Origin: a virus
Lineage: Duplodnaviria > Caudoviricetes
Length of the DNA: 64,000 bases
Reading direction: 5' to 3' (one strand)
Virus record (IMG/VR): IMGVR_UViG_3300031867_000035
Span: 1-64,000 of that record
Made by a program: the position numbers and the translations under genes. How positions within the stretch are numbered: position 1 is the stretch's first letter; every line of letters starts with the position of its first letter. This document shows, piece after piece, positions 50,701 to 58,110 of the stretch. The notes beneath the pieces are model-generated. The model made no database searches. It was not told the DNA's origin and worked only from the letters and a program-made list of their open reading frames with translations.

Positions 50701-53700
50701 GAAGTTAATAGACTTATTGATGGAGATATAAATTCTCTAAGAAATAAGCAACAAGAAATACTAAAGAGTCATCCAACATTATCTATCTTAGTAAAAGCAG
50801 CAAGCAGAATAAATAAGAGACTTATGCTAGAAACAAGAGCACAAGACCCTTATGCATTCTTAGGTTGGTTTACAGATTTAGATTATGGCACTAGACCACA
50901 CTTACTAGGTTATAAAAATGTACAAATAAAAACATTTGTAAAAAATGATTTCATTAAGGGGTTAAACTTTGATTTAGAAAAAATGCCTGAATCTAAGTTA
51001 GCTTCTATCTTCCATTCAAAAGATTACGGTTATGTTCCTATGGTTGAGAAGATAGCTTCACAATTAGCAGCTGCTAAAACAACAGACAGTCTTGCTAAGT
51101 ATATGAAGTCAGCTGGTTATATGCAAAATGTTGATACATTTAATATAGCTATGGACACTTTACAACAAACACTTGATAAGTATTTCGAGACTTATATATC
51201 AGAACCTGGTAATGATAGAGAAAATAACAATAGAGCTACATACGACACATTAGTTCAACAATGCTCTTTAGCTGGAATCGATATGTATGATGTAGGAGAC
51301 TATGCAGATGAATCTTCTATATATGATTTATTTAAATACTTATACAGAATTAACGTTGAGAATAAAGAAAAATTAGGTATGGCTGGATTAGGTTCGGCAG
51401 ATTATACTCAAGAACTATATCAAAGATTAATTAATGCTAATGATTCTCAAAAGAATATTTATAAGACTGCTTCTAAAACTAATGAAATACTATTAAGTAT
51501 GACTTCTGTATTAGTTAATATGATGGAAGAACTTGATTCAAATAAAACATTATTAAAAGATATTAACAATTCTTTATTAAAGTTAGAATCAAATGGTAAA
51601 GTATTAGTTGATAGATATGGTCAAAAAGTTAATAGAGGTAAGTTAATTAATGATTATTCAAGTTGGCACATTTTTGAAGACTTCTTACATTTAGCTTCAA
51701 GAGATTTAGATAACAGAGATTATCTATCAACTTACATTGCTAAACAAGCATTAGAAGGTAATGTATACTTAATGGATTCATCAGTAGCAGACCAACTAGA
51801 AAAGAAAGTATTTACTAAACGTATTCATTCTCAAGTGAGTGAGGCTATTAAAAAAGCAAAAGCAATAGCTACAACATTAGTAATGTCTTCACCTGTCCAG
51901 TTATTAGACAGAATGATTAACTTCCCTATGTTTGATATAGGAGTAACTGGTTCAGCAGATGTAGAAACATTTAAATATATGCCTACTGCTATTTCAACAG
52001 TAACTAAATTCATACAAGGTGGTGATTACTTAACAGAGGATGATATTGCAAAAGATGATAATATGAAACTTCTTTTAAGATTCTTATCTGCTCAAGGTAA
52101 TTTAGATATTAAGAATGCAACAGTTCGTGGCGAAAGAATATCCGTAACAAATATTCCAGGTATTAAACAATACTTAAAATTAGTTAATACAATGTATCAA
52201 GCAGGAAATTTAATTCCTAGATTCGCTTACTTTATGAACCTAGTTAATAGTGCTGATATTAATTATAAGATTGCTAAAAACAAAACTGGTGTTGCTTATC
52301 ATCTATATGATTCAATAGTAGGTGTTGAAGGAGATAAAGCTACTGGTATCAAGTCTTATATTGATAATCCTGAAAAAACTCCTTATTATAAAGAGTTCGG
52401 TGAAAACGCTAAGAATGTGGCAGACCTAGATGCACAAGCTGTACAAATCATAGCAGAGCATAATGGTATCGAAGGTAATATGCCTTATGCAGCTAGATGG
52501 TTAAACGAGAATTATAATACAATGTTCTTAACATTCCCTATGGCTTTAATGCGTTGGGGTAAGAATAGACTTCAATCTCTAGGCTATGCATTTATGGAAT
52601 CTGATTCTACAGACGTAAACTACTTATTAAATCAAGCAAAGAGTGTATTAATAACTCAAACTATTTTACTTGCAATTCAAATCTTATTATCTCAAAATAC
52701 TCAAGAATATCTTAAAAAGAAATTAACAGGTAAGGACGATGAGATAACTGAAGAAGAAGAGGAGAATGCACAGAATATATTATTCCGTGGTGGCTGTGTA
52801 AAGTTATTTGAATCAGCATTAAAAGGTGAAGAAGTAACTACAACGGCTCAGAATAGAGGACCAGCATCTGGTTTATTCAACAGCTATGTAGCAGACTTTA
52901 TTCCAGCATTTAATGATGGTCAAAAATTTATGACTACATTAAAGAATCAATTAGTATCTCACACTTGGGGTCACGTACCTTTTGTAATTAAAGATACAGT
53001 TGAATCTATCCCAGGTAACACTGCATTACAATCTGCTTCTTGGTACGTACCAGGTAATAACTTCTTCGAAAACTATGGTAGAAAGATACTTGGTTACAAT
53101 TTAGGTTCTACTCAAGCTAATGCATTTATAGATTACTTACAAGCTCATAATGCTAATAATGATTTAAATGAGTCAAGTGTAGCTAGATTACGTAATGCTA
53201 TGTCGTATGCATTTAGCAAAAAATATTCTAATTTAAAAACAAACAAATCAGAAGTAAGAAACTATAAGAAAGCTTTTGAATTAGTTTATAATTATTTAGA
53301 TACAGTATATGGTAATTCATCAATTACTTCTGCTACTACATCAACTAATAAAGATTTAAAATCTGAATTAAGAAAAGCAGTAGAAACTTCTAACTCATCT
53401 GCAGATGTATATTATACAATTCAGAGAGCTATATCTAAAGGAAGTTCTTATTCAGATATTCAAAAAGCTTTAAACTCTATATCTTTAAGAGAAAGATTAT
53501 TAACTCTTAGAAATTATAATGCATTTATAGATTCACTTGATAGTAGTGAAAAAGCTACAATCAAAACTGCATTACTATACGAAGAAGAAAATTATCCTTA
53601 CTTGGAAGATATATTAACCGATGTTAATAATAAAGCTCACAAAGAATATCTAAATTCTAACGCTTCTTATAGTTCTAGAAATGTAGCTTCTATATTAAAA

Positions 53701-53967
53701 AGTATGGCTTACAATACTCCAACTTATTATAATTACAACTCAAATCGAAATAATTATATTAGTCAAGCTAGATTCTTAAATAATTACAATAAATCTTATA
53801 GTAATTATCAAAAGCAGCAACAAGATGCTTATGAAAGAATGCGTAACATTGTTGACTATGGTACTTCAAAAGATATTTGGGGTACTGAAACTCAACATTA
53901 CAAAGATGGTACATCCTATACAAAGAAAGATAGAGGGTACAATCCATTTAAAGGAGGCAATAAATAA
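35719..53967 (+). CDS. giant polyvalent virion protein containing a two-barrel RNA polymerase (beta'-like then beta-like) and a DEDDh exonuclease
   Basis: 6082 aa; WRQPLQQ...NGDFDGDQ; LGLGSAYVAI..TDTIAL, IKLGMVGSKALKGTV, PDLAIS; VVYDAEW...HDAVSD; N-terminal hydrophobic segments. Confidence 0.82.
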   Translation: MERDYKNNNIFYENTEDLNIGKTNQKPAEVEQSTPKFSIKLDKDEEAARQQGFLNFNSGVSMIDTSEYSQSDIRSMLGSRTKVDLSDTKEDTGTYNTTKALAEDYVSQDEEYITSGRLWKDIYGSTAYAELKHKCGLSKTDSYTDYYNKTKYIPKGYEIEAKLLLAEEKRMNYYMEYKKGNISKSDFLYQAYGKDLMKEDGVDLSSPLYWYNKAKKNDFTNPLDSDTFLSQLITDSEKLWHAETWYQSAATRNIGSTLAGLSTGSELSEESFQNVFKQQVEALKPYFDNDVKKIMTYYQAGFLGSAFSPMIDIDGDGKYDYYYHSDGKLYAVDGSSGTGSSTCSIVYNDDGSVHSVQVHEAVDGWLDSLWDGFTGFFIGFADLFALIPGLINTDAMANYEAWKKRTIADEDRVVFDSMDKWNGDDWGNAVAEGVGTIAGMVLLLVLTYGIGNAISASGEAAKAGMDAGLQGAVKITSQETATTFAENIAKEAADKFTSKALQRAFMDNALKAATKEISKNVALDAAIKTALKEGAKKFGASAARATALNIGRNVAAAVVGKGGFTTTISQAKGGTLLNTTLAKVAQRSSSTGLKKIAANAWVRSSLTATELAVRDYITVTTQLKAKNKALQYLEYATKGEVKALSDGEIAGRAWLVAGTDLVISTMFRAVGSQGATSRFVKDSDTLLKNINANTADVINRYAQHLKTYCRIDAAFDIFENITTSAVQAAASNPYAKLGSEESWATAMQSIVNPAFIASNLYATYNNLVSWGGRNGAPVSTSIYDDRVEAIARQINISANSLGDQLDTLSEALVAKNSNVSNVIEIQESLDRVKQKTMETLNNSSNSRIDNLLQAAQDLDTLFTEDVVAANKKEILDSFNITLSEYNQIKALIKTYNDNNPDKPIGLITGKVFYSAQKENDANVAKAYKAALDLMTKRSTELKAKEEQVAKIFLKGARFVMTKANEVSLKYVNQLIAETTFKTSGVHLEERYQKIVNTFIAKRFEMLTDITTEGNEELRNKELAELETYLNSEYFKFHSLSTSSATADVSYTMVPVYDDKDNTKIKTYKLDSTATGDNILIKLLSNYDKNKAVIEALCNRYHLIDVVKNNDGTLTINTANMAPWYALELDNSKNNQLLADISNNKYLKTFMDVIDSVAYMFENSDLNELNVVDYDEPLILKLRVATGNTNGSNEQEYINIYLIPSKISGNIDTGTSYGDVANRLMALQGILYSTYGLFKQAADGVVNNESAVKYLAQLGALLTEEKAMDPFYDFLKLFNSDNEEERRLAIEENLPKAVMAILSRCKFNMVDGKEPSDSVLTRKQLLTFVKAGVFGEKGEYALLNKIITENSSGKNGNASANNIAKIAQEILDYVNTIDKIEGTLKILNDYAENTKTDLSANEISKLKDCVNTLKNNQDLTDSLDADGMLPDTIKRLLKESTLENFWQGSQKRDSHLEALSKNLLRLSDKNIQNQEELKTLLKKFLDEDLMSIQIVKDNPFELSKQFLIRYFNSFDSYKNSFDSFKKVSYFLEALNTSDFKDFLKNPTDFINDYNAKNSAPGYNIKNFAPDLKLEDFGHLFITNAKGVRKTDYNFLLGLTLINKFRNDLSKNDFVEASFYDTETYLDSLYNNVIKDPNSVEFQYISRLYKIATDKDLNIHMLSISDPTAKNYKRPFSTLMVHNADGTTESIGDLIYKSNKAASVLVESIVDDAIESKMELLQDGIDYYWRDTTVTPKQNVIEIDMLNFLPANLRIALKSFLNSSDLATKMGAEAKIKSEELAKEFKNLLAGHSSNATYSQYKAYKVLLSDCLASGNFILRYNVDNAASMNSLKVFLTSCGYDNFDVDAARNGISEIEGLNFKTVDTHNINSTLAAEKFYRAARLYKTKYGIAKPILGEKIKKNYTNVLFNLFSGITKFNDDTNIQLLDEDGKAIPYYSIIYKKTDPNKAYTFVNAFGNTEQARSEKGTLSGGAQTLQYINKYRGLGIDVKDDNLSLDSKSFKSFTIVRLAEKTAEYLNNLTGKQAQTIQVTIPKAEQDTFKEMYEDGKGFFKIMGEPEGDTFRLEPTYKSAEEFLAYVNEEGFDIRQVLPVVWNNDKSIKNTEFRAYEYISNETLFSELANLKIEGLKTIDDFINFQPIPKDEIYSFDSKEYSDFCLAHSNKNVGNILQDLGDIKNNYYLACLKYELGLSKAYSDYAISYLGQDADLIDLANPRIYKILGSLLNDGSSLDEYKFSYLLNKNYTITEDDVNKLLKALNEGITNSENIFPEQATDTDNVDTKNNFTSLDVEKLNSSNNVSLDIKKETIAKLLDVLRNSEDYLITRLSEPIDLVQPDNLISCLALFCENSGGSLSIPMEYLMRSSKKQREAFFTFLNAIIANPTEYNFSDDDIKKLNDLITLLNTKIDLMTKINPTKDVDVKPARVIFEKNAVSAPRVGVEPKAGFLSNGTGKLSNAQLQRITDYIVAAENNKVDVAPFIKLSSINPNDSVVETPFKHSLIKLLNATVCKNSDKPGSTMVYNMDSDEAIVNALVSVLAFTENTKLLLQDLGVPEIQKIPLDILMELGLKANLLTTGADYQAEFASSLILKWNKETNEYSIVPLRTSSSDTEQSLYRYFLGLKTGDSDVNDITLKTINEDIANNPTHYFLLSSSKNAFLESPDGYNETTRLLYLNDINVQKSLRENMVKKAIIARDGFVLNVPGENDLMNLLDSYYNVHAVTTYDVWRNVVDSLRTLGVSDSVADLLYPTVESLYVGNPSSLNDQWIQDTLAEFIDSYKGKVPSVQFKIFSDAIAWGITNRVLKAQDIAALKNNEIEIEAAYRETQLKKGITQKEISNNTERVEAIIDSIKSNDTDIIDYAKQNIKSLDKDTQVYLIQKLLLDRKDGFDLYAILNMSSKNKTLFDISESIRPTINNELSNDWVHSPKNKSKNITATNVVSDTNHVVYDAEWFIPEKDKKNSFTDVYQIGLCLRKAVNDKDKARIIDSDTLNNLEKHNILIKKNIMNNKNKLYVEAKDSYDAKIKACTSGKDTYVDSKTNVIYHIIDGGPNSTLEDDVRLAYTTFAKIINDNDVSVIMSYGGKNDNREEISDNNLIRHWLGDAFFNDVDELDILNDVAYKVWSRTTEDMTSYSMDSMRREGKINLNNSLLEHDAVSDSLDEYELFVKIINNKINIDNLYLKPLSDIAELFGEDVDYRNWSDDFKNTLKAVKFNELKDITDNLKDIVSKIDIDTSVFTRSNEAIKSVMDAYKLTFEHVWRRMEFKDLEKVRNNFLDIYDSSYNSTYFASIKNKKHRTEVRNILLGIVNERYDLNEGFSAVLERDPVTNKFRTSDIKGVENLKTALKYMTSILAEAARLYKEDTKNPYNPKYISNRNKTKSFYSEDAQTIARYIAEAKTTFEITDLDARRSKRNDFKQNEKTLTQAVIDSKFNLDNNTSEALRDIYSMLRDESTDLLSLKDYKHTVTNQDFYIQIARPLANVLGINVQDSDATASDEVVSKTFSDKLRAALFNDLLSVYGRTNAGKRTHEQIIKDNTYNGIRHTLIDKADTYKKGMIEAFTSSKGLFTGNLRTKTALWSMGHERYKKTMTGEYGTLYIGEKLLTSKKAFKDLFGMYKATYKTDSNGKQVVDYDDNNQNTFYTLVWRQPLQQETPIQLMKVKVVDGDTFSMTTTTADNFFNGDFDGDQYFFSHPSQITNTKEAKRLFELQNKQTELFYNLFKKDNKLTLTNQILLEEKYRNLARDVFLSSNVQSAFKAIFANIELSRDSTGKATKVKDLPIFLGDATLIDKFKQEYYKAFDTIVTSKEYNQLSIEDRETLRDSFLENFGVRIIKTSKGTTVLSDNPFYREDRDTTMRLKATRKFYMLDNLSNSGMDAPENGQLAKNYKWQKGSVDMNEAYRLFYNSTFSLKEDDLHLFSNLLAKEGNSLSSVKINKYLDSLSSLIGKDMVDWAKEYVDKEIITYVEEQHKLGVKDAQTYNIVVRRLSNLSNAIQQNIITSKEYNDVLNALLPKVLAVGNEEDYQKYKALHSFMYNEGYISDKDPRGFSSEVLQKPEGDKLNNGIDILVEDTYLFNKLFDDEQRKGYINTISNDSGTLQDLYLNFIFRGDNKNANFEYRDGAEILTRDTITSLKGKSNKLLGLGSAYVAIDISEDGSLTDTIALFNNGQNSLSFTKPVEINFSGLTKKQKDNLLNLIKNTRGNSIIKSEDISRALNTNFDNKPYQIAGFVDSVGNSLLNNLNNLSPSTLNHAKLILLNRTPLYAMLETNEIKLGMVGSKALKGTVMNGLNLEGRGENTISVKESKKNKDVVATAKDRTKAIRPDLAISASLFKDINSDYNLDYEEVLTTTDGRYRIIKVNDLAILNALNLDAQDRASERYIDTIGIVQGAHGTGSLFSYGNMFLRFDADNNKWEFDPQGYNELKDRLHYHNLESSYMDGNGARNVRLLRIAYLLDALSEDKRQRVCMEILGNTSVPTIEAALECIYSAGDLGGDFGEDLEAHICDQLSKEEFEKLALRLNSTSKKNLLGRVAFSEEMNDQLVNRYATFFNEDVNNPIIKKHQKPSDNVRVSNVRNYSDNADYLARHEGSTHDTNTSYVSKISLLRTILEENGGFLNLATLKSAADEDIINIADGSLGTLYNGYKFTDARESLALDPYDEEKQSSKKAGNKEPSSQYNEVRDNQRLIPLLSKSVLSDSYKDSLTNANADILLNNNLYQDAAAYNQARFMLPFFSEGTDSQIYDATNLFSNRFVDSLHQKYPTMNEEGQLRIGTKTFKPEVNKETNMLSHLTMEEEEQRIIQNSKSPKQVKLLLEKHKEITDQLTKEDYETLGLTDQLAVADLISKTGNSKIMSFLNELCKEYDIKTEYENYNTTPVQGDPFSLLRAIRRDNNDVLHVAEFYSDDNGVKLVNSWLRSWGFKSSDNRDISLGNQTINARNKFADVKDQLLGDDYALLMYNAKHNKASYMLLNQYMNAEELIEAYDELTYRQDVWVKTLGRDKYTEYLNEVNRLIDGDINSLRNKQQEILKSHPTLSILVKAASRINKRLMLETRAQDPYAFLGWFTDLDYGTRPHLLGYKNVQIKTFVKNDFIKGLNFDLEKMPESKLASIFHSKDYGYVPMVEKIASQLAAAKTTDSLAKYMKSAGYMQNVDTFNIAMDTLQQTLDKYFETYISEPGNDRENNNRATYDTLVQQCSLAGIDMYDVGDYADESSIYDLFKYLYRINVENKEKLGMAGLGSADYTQELYQRLINANDSQKNIYKTASKTNEILLSMTSVLVNMMEELDSNKTLLKDINNSLLKLESNGKVLVDRYGQKVNRGKLINDYSSWHIFEDFLHLASRDLDNRDYLSTYIAKQALEGNVYLMDSSVADQLEKKVFTKRIHSQVSEAIKKAKAIATTLVMSSPVQLLDRMINFPMFDIGVTGSADVETFKYMPTAISTVTKFIQGGDYLTEDDIAKDDNMKLLLRFLSAQGNLDIKNATVRGERISVTNIPGIKQYLKLVNTMYQAGNLIPRFAYFMNLVNSADINYKIAKNKTGVAYHLYDSIVGVEGDKATGIKSYIDNPEKTPYYKEFGENAKNVADLDAQAVQIIAEHNGIEGNMPYAARWLNENYNTMFLTFPMALMRWGKNRLQSLGYAFMESDSTDVNYLLNQAKSVLITQTILLAIQILLSQNTQEYLKKKLTGKDDEITEEEEENAQNILFRGGCVKLFESALKGEEVTTTAQNRGPASGLFNSYVADFIPAFNDGQKFMTTLKNQLVSHTWGHVPFVIKDTVESIPGNTALQSASWYVPGNNFFENYGRKILGYNLGSTQANAFIDYLQAHNANNDLNESSVARLRNAMSYAFSKKYSNLKTNKSEVRNYKKAFELVYNYLDTVYGNSSITSATTSTNKDLKSELRKAVETSNSSADVYYTIQRAISKGSSYSDIQKALNSISLRERLLTLRNYNAFIDSLDSSEKATIKTALLYEEENYPYLEDILTDVNNKAHKEYLNSNASYSSRNVASILKSMAYNTPTYYNYNSNRNNYISQARFLNNYNKSYSNYQKQQQDAYERMRNIVDYGTSKDIWGTETQHYKDGTSYTKKDRGYNPFKGGNK

Positions 53968-55550
53968 TGGCACAAACAATAGTTATAACTCCTAACTATA
54001 AGCCTACTCCAAAACAAATATTATTACATAACGCTCCTGTATCTTACGATGATATTTGGATTATATGTTATGGCGGTGCAAGAGGTGCTGGCAAATCTGC
54101 TGGCATCCTTGCCGATGCTTTTATGTTTTGTCAAACTTATCCTGGTGCAAAATGTTGTATCCTACGTGAAACCCTAGATGCTGTTAAGCAGTCTTTCTTG
54201 GATAAACTACCAACATTATTTCCACCAGAAGTTAATGGTATAAAGATATATGAGTACAAAGAGAAATCTAGTTCTTGGTATCCTTCACGTTCTATAGTTT
54301 TCCCTAATGGTAGCTACATTACCTTGCAGCGTGTTGCAAACTATCAAGAAGCTAAAGCAAAGCAAGGATGGGAATTCCATTACTTAGCTATCGATGAAGT
54401 AACTAAACAAGAAAAACGTACAGTTGATTATCTATTAACCTGCGTACGTTCCGCCACGGTATTAAATAAATATACAGGTAAACCTATTCAGATTCCAACT
54501 AAGGTTGTGTTTGGATGTAACCCTGGTGGTATAGGACATAAGTGGGTAAAAGAAAGATTTATCGATACAACAGTAGTAAAATATGATGAGCATAAAACAC
54601 CTATCCAAACTAAAGACCATATTGAATTTGTTCAAGACCCTAGAGACGGTCATTGGATAAAGAGATTTGTTAGATTCATACCAGCATCCTATATGGATAA
54701 CCCTTATCTAAATGCTTCTTATGTAGCTAACCTTGAGTCTTTATCTGAACATCAAAAGCAGATGGATATGTATGGTAACTGGGATGTAGTAGCTGGAAGA
54801 TATTTCGATTTAAAGCCAGAGCAATTACTTCCACCACAATCTATAGCACAAGACTTAGAGAGACTTGCAGGCCACGTAGAAATTTTTGCTTCAATAGACT
54901 GGGGTTACAAACCTTCCTATTATTGTTGTTTATGGCACGCAGTATTCCCTGACCATAGAGTTATCACTTTTAAAATACTATATGGACAAGAACTTGTCTT
55001 TGAGGATTTTGTAAAAGAGATAGCAAAAGAATCTGAGAAGTTTGAAATTTCAGCTACGTGTTTACCTCACGATATGTTCCGTGGTGGTGATAGGTATAGA
55101 AATGATACTGGAAAAATAATAGGTGAAACTAAATCAGATGTATTTGAATTCTATGGATTAAATCCTATAGGCGTAGAATCTGGTAAAGGTAAAGTAATGA
55201 TGAGATATGATAAAATACATTCAGCAACTACCCTAAAGAATCCTGATGGTGTTTATAAGTTCAGGATATCCACGGCTTGCACAGATTTAATTGAAGAATT
55301 AAACAATGCAGTTCACGATGATGATAATCCTGAATTGATTGCACCTAAGTGTAAAGACCACGCAATAGATGCTTACGGTCATTTCCTAGTATTTTATTCT
55401 GATGACATTGAACCTCTAGGCTTTGAATCTTTAACAAAAGACAATAGAACATATCTTCAGATTTTATTAGATGAAGATGAAAAGAAACTAGAAGAAGAGG
55501 AGGAAGATGAATACACAATTAGTGTTGATAGTATTTTCGATTTATGTTAA
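53967..55550 (+). CDS. terL: terminase large subunit
   Basis: YGGARGAGKS, LAIDEV, CNPGGIGHKWVKERF, nuclease SIDWGY and DHAIDA. Confidence 0.95.
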   Translation: MAQTIVITPNYKPTPKQILLHNAPVSYDDIWIICYGGARGAGKSAGILADAFMFCQTYPGAKCCILRETLDAVKQSFLDKLPTLFPPEVNGIKIYEYKEKSSSWYPSRSIVFPNGSYITLQRVANYQEAKAKQGWEFHYLAIDEVTKQEKRTVDYLLTCVRSATVLNKYTGKPIQIPTKVVFGCNPGGIGHKWVKERFIDTTVVKYDEHKTPIQTKDHIEFVQDPRDGHWIKRFVRFIPASYMDNPYLNASYVANLESLSEHQKQMDMYGNWDVVAGRYFDLKPEQLLPPQSIAQDLERLAGHVEIFASIDWGYKPSYYCCLWHAVFPDHRVITFKILYGQELVFEDFVKEIAKESEKFEISATCLPHDMFRGGDRYRNDTGKIIGETKSDVFEFYGLNPIGVESGKGKVMMRYDKIHSATTLKNPDGVYKFRISTACTDLIEELNNAVHDDDNPELIAPKCKDHAIDAYGHFLVFYSDDIEPLGFESLTKDNRTYLQILLDEDEKKLEEEEEDEYTISVDSIFDLC

Positions 55551-55574
55551 AATATAAACAAAAAGGAGACATAT

Positions 55575-55841
55575 ATGCAAAGTAGATATTTTTTAGAACA
55601 CAGTTCAAAAGTTTCAAATGCTGGTATAAATCCTGTACGATTAGGTTTACCAGTGTCTCTCCACACAATCAATGATATTTGTTTGTGCTGCAGAGGCTCT
55701 TCAGAATTTATTCCTCTTAACGCTGTAATTTTAAGAGACGCTTTATTAGCTGACCCAGAAAAAACAAAACAATTTTTAGGGCTAGAAGTGAAAGATGTTT
55801 TAAAACCTAAGCCAGTTAAGAAGGAGGAAAAGAAGAAGTGA
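55575..55841 (+). CDS. hypothetical protein
   Basis: ORF, RBS aaggag. Confidence 0.7.
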   Translation: MQSRYFLEHSSKVSNAGINPVRLGLPVSLHTINDICLCCRGSSEFIPLNAVILRDALLADPEKTKQFLGLEVKDVLKPKPVKKEEKKK

Positions 55842-56131
55842 ACAATGTAATTTTTATTTCATTAATCGTGGCTCTTGTTATTATAGTTATTGTAATCGCT
55901 GTTCTTTTATACAATCAAATGCTTTTACTAAATGAAGTAAATAAAAGATTATTATTGATGGTAAAAGAAAGCGTAGATAAAGAGAGAGCTACACAAGAAG
56001 AATTAACAGAGGCTTTACAAGAGCTCGAAGCTTTAGCTAATGAGCAACCAACAAAGCCTGATTCAAGCATTATTCCAGGAGAAAGTGAGGAACCATTCAA
56101 CCCACATACATATAATCCTGATGATTTATAG
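55838..56131 (+). CDS. membrane protein (N-terminal TM + coiled coil)
   Basis: VIFISLIVALVIIVIVIAVLLY; RBS aggagg. Confidence 0.7.
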   Translation: MNNVIFISLIVALVIIVIVIAVLLYNQMLLLNEVNKRLLLMVKESVDKERATQEELTEALQELEALANEQPTKPDSSIIPGESEEPFNPHTYNPDDL

Positions 56132-56141
56132 GAGGTAGCTA

Positions 56142-58064
56142 ATGAGACAGATGGCGAAAGATATTGCAACATATATCGAAATGTTTGTAGATGACTCTAT
56201 GTCAAGTTTAAACCCATATATTCTGCAAGGCAAATTAAATAATGAGTATATAGCAGGCAATCAAAATAAAAAAATAAATGTAAGAAAATTAAGTATAGAG
56301 CCTAAGCAGACAGACCCTAATGTATATGTAGAGAAGAAAACTTTCAATAGACTTTTGCCTATATATCTTACACGCTATGGTATACTCACTCAAAATATGC
56401 CTATCCCTGGTATCATCCCTCATAGCAATAGTAGCAAAGCAGTTCAAGATTCTTTAGAAGTAAATAAATTTATAAATGAATTTATGTTACAAACTAATTT
56501 TAAAAGCATATATGAAAAAGCTATTAAACGAAATGATGTCTATGGAATAGAATGGTTTAAAACTGGTATAGATTGGACAGCTGGTGATAAGATAGCTGAC
56601 CTAGAAGATGTTACAATAGGAGATACAAAAGGTAAACTTTCTATTTACGAAGGTAGACCTTTCGTTATGCCAGTACCTATTCACGAAGTCTTTGTTGATT
56701 CCTACTATATTGAATCAATGGATGATGTAAATGAGTTAGTACATAGACGTGTATTCCCTTGTGAGTATATTAAAGCCAGATGGGGGTTTGCAGCTGAAAA
56801 AGAATCCGTTGAAGATTCTAAACTATCTACTTATCCTAGATATACTAACTTCGGTATGTCAAATGGTGGAGCAATAGAGTATGCTTACGTTTATGAGTAT
56901 TACAAAAAGCCTGATGCTTTATATCCAAAGGGTAGATACGTTGTAGTTTGTAATAAAAAAGTTTTATATGATGGTATCTTACCTTATGAGAATGCCGCTA
57001 ACGGCAAAAGAGTTATACCGTTTGATATACTAAGGCCTCAAACAATTCCTAATAAATTAATAGGTGTAACTGTTTATTCTCAGTTAATCCCTATTCAAGA
57101 TACATATAATGCTGTAAAGAATAGATACCTAGAGTATGTAAACCATATTGCTATAGGTCAGTTATATTATTGGGAAGGTTCCTTAATAAATAAAAATAAT
57201 TTTACTAACAAACCAGGTAAGCTTATAGGTTTAAAGAGAAATGCAAAAGCTCCAGTACCTGTGCAGAAAGATAAACTTGCTCAAGAGTTTATTCAATATT
57301 TAAAAACACTTGAGGATGATATGCTAGTTACAGCAGGACTATCACAGATGTCTGCATTTGGTTCTACAAAATCAAATGTAAGAACAGATGGAGTAGTAGA
57401 TAAGCTTGCCGAATCCGATGAAAATAAATTAGTAAATGCCTTAGACAATGTATCAGATTGTATGATAGAGGTATTTAAAAAGGTTATTTATTTAGAAAAA
57501 CAAAGAGGTAAGACTCTAACTGAACAATTAAAACTTGCAAAGTTAGATACTTATATGTTAAAATATAAATTAGAAGAGGTGGATGCCGAACAGGTTACGA
57601 TTATTAATCGAGACTTCTTGATGAAATCAGACCAAGTGTTCGACAAAAAACTTCAACAAGCAGGTAATTTCGGTTTGTATAATCCTGAGTCTGGCTTAAG
57701 TTATCAGGCAAAAGTGGAGCTTCTTAATTCAATGCACGCTAATTATCTTAGAGATACATTAGACCCTGCAGAAAGAAGCAACCACGATTTAATTTGCTGG
57801 GAAAATGACTTAATGCTAAACAAAAAGGAGATACCACAAGCTTACGATTACCACAAACACGAACAACATATTGCTGAACACAATGTTTTCCGAATCTCGC
57901 CTGAGGTACTGTGTCTTAAAGAACGAGATGAAAAAGCGTGGGAAATGCTACAGGAGGCTATATCAGCACACATTGAGCAGCATAAGAAGTTCGTACAGCA
58001 AAGTCAACAAGGTAATGTATTACAAAATGCCAAGGACGCACTAAAACGTACAGCTAAAAAATAG
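56142..58064 (+). CDS. portal protein (podovirus-type)
   Basis: 640 aa between TerL and scaffold/capsid; helical pattern, LIPIQDTYN..RYLEY; synteny. Confidence 0.75.
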   Translation: MRQMAKDIATYIEMFVDDSMSSLNPYILQGKLNNEYIAGNQNKKINVRKLSIEPKQTDPNVYVEKKTFNRLLPIYLTRYGILTQNMPIPGIIPHSNSSKAVQDSLEVNKFINEFMLQTNFKSIYEKAIKRNDVYGIEWFKTGIDWTAGDKIADLEDVTIGDTKGKLSIYEGRPFVMPVPIHEVFVDSYYIESMDDVNELVHRRVFPCEYIKARWGFAAEKESVEDSKLSTYPRYTNFGMSNGGAIEYAYVYEYYKKPDALYPKGRYVVVCNKKVLYDGILPYENAANGKRVIPFDILRPQTIPNKLIGVTVYSQLIPIQDTYNAVKNRYLEYVNHIAIGQLYYWEGSLINKNNFTNKPGKLIGLKRNAKAPVPVQKDKLAQEFIQYLKTLEDDMLVTAGLSQMSAFGSTKSNVRTDGVVDKLAESDENKLVNALDNVSDCMIEVFKKVIYLEKQRGKTLTEQLKLAKLDTYMLKYKLEEVDAEQVTIINRDFLMKSDQVFDKKLQQAGNFGLYNPESGLSYQAKVELLNSMHANYLRDTLDPAERSNHDLICWENDLMLNKKEIPQAYDYHKHEQHIAEHNVFRISPEVLCLKERDEKAWEMLQEAISAHIEQHKKFVQQSQQGNVLQNAKDALKRTAKK

Positions 58065-58110
58065 CCAAGGCAAAAGCATTACAGCATAAGAGAGGAGAAA
58101 AAAATAATAT

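Noticed and set aside
37059-52013. Short antisense ORFs within the giant gene and other genes
   Set aside because: Shadow ORFs lacking RBS or coding-like composition
2496-55550. Inteins or introns in polA, helicase, dnaG or terL
   Set aside because: Lengths and motif spacing are ordinary; no C..HN splice ends or LAGLIDADG/HNH inserts noticed
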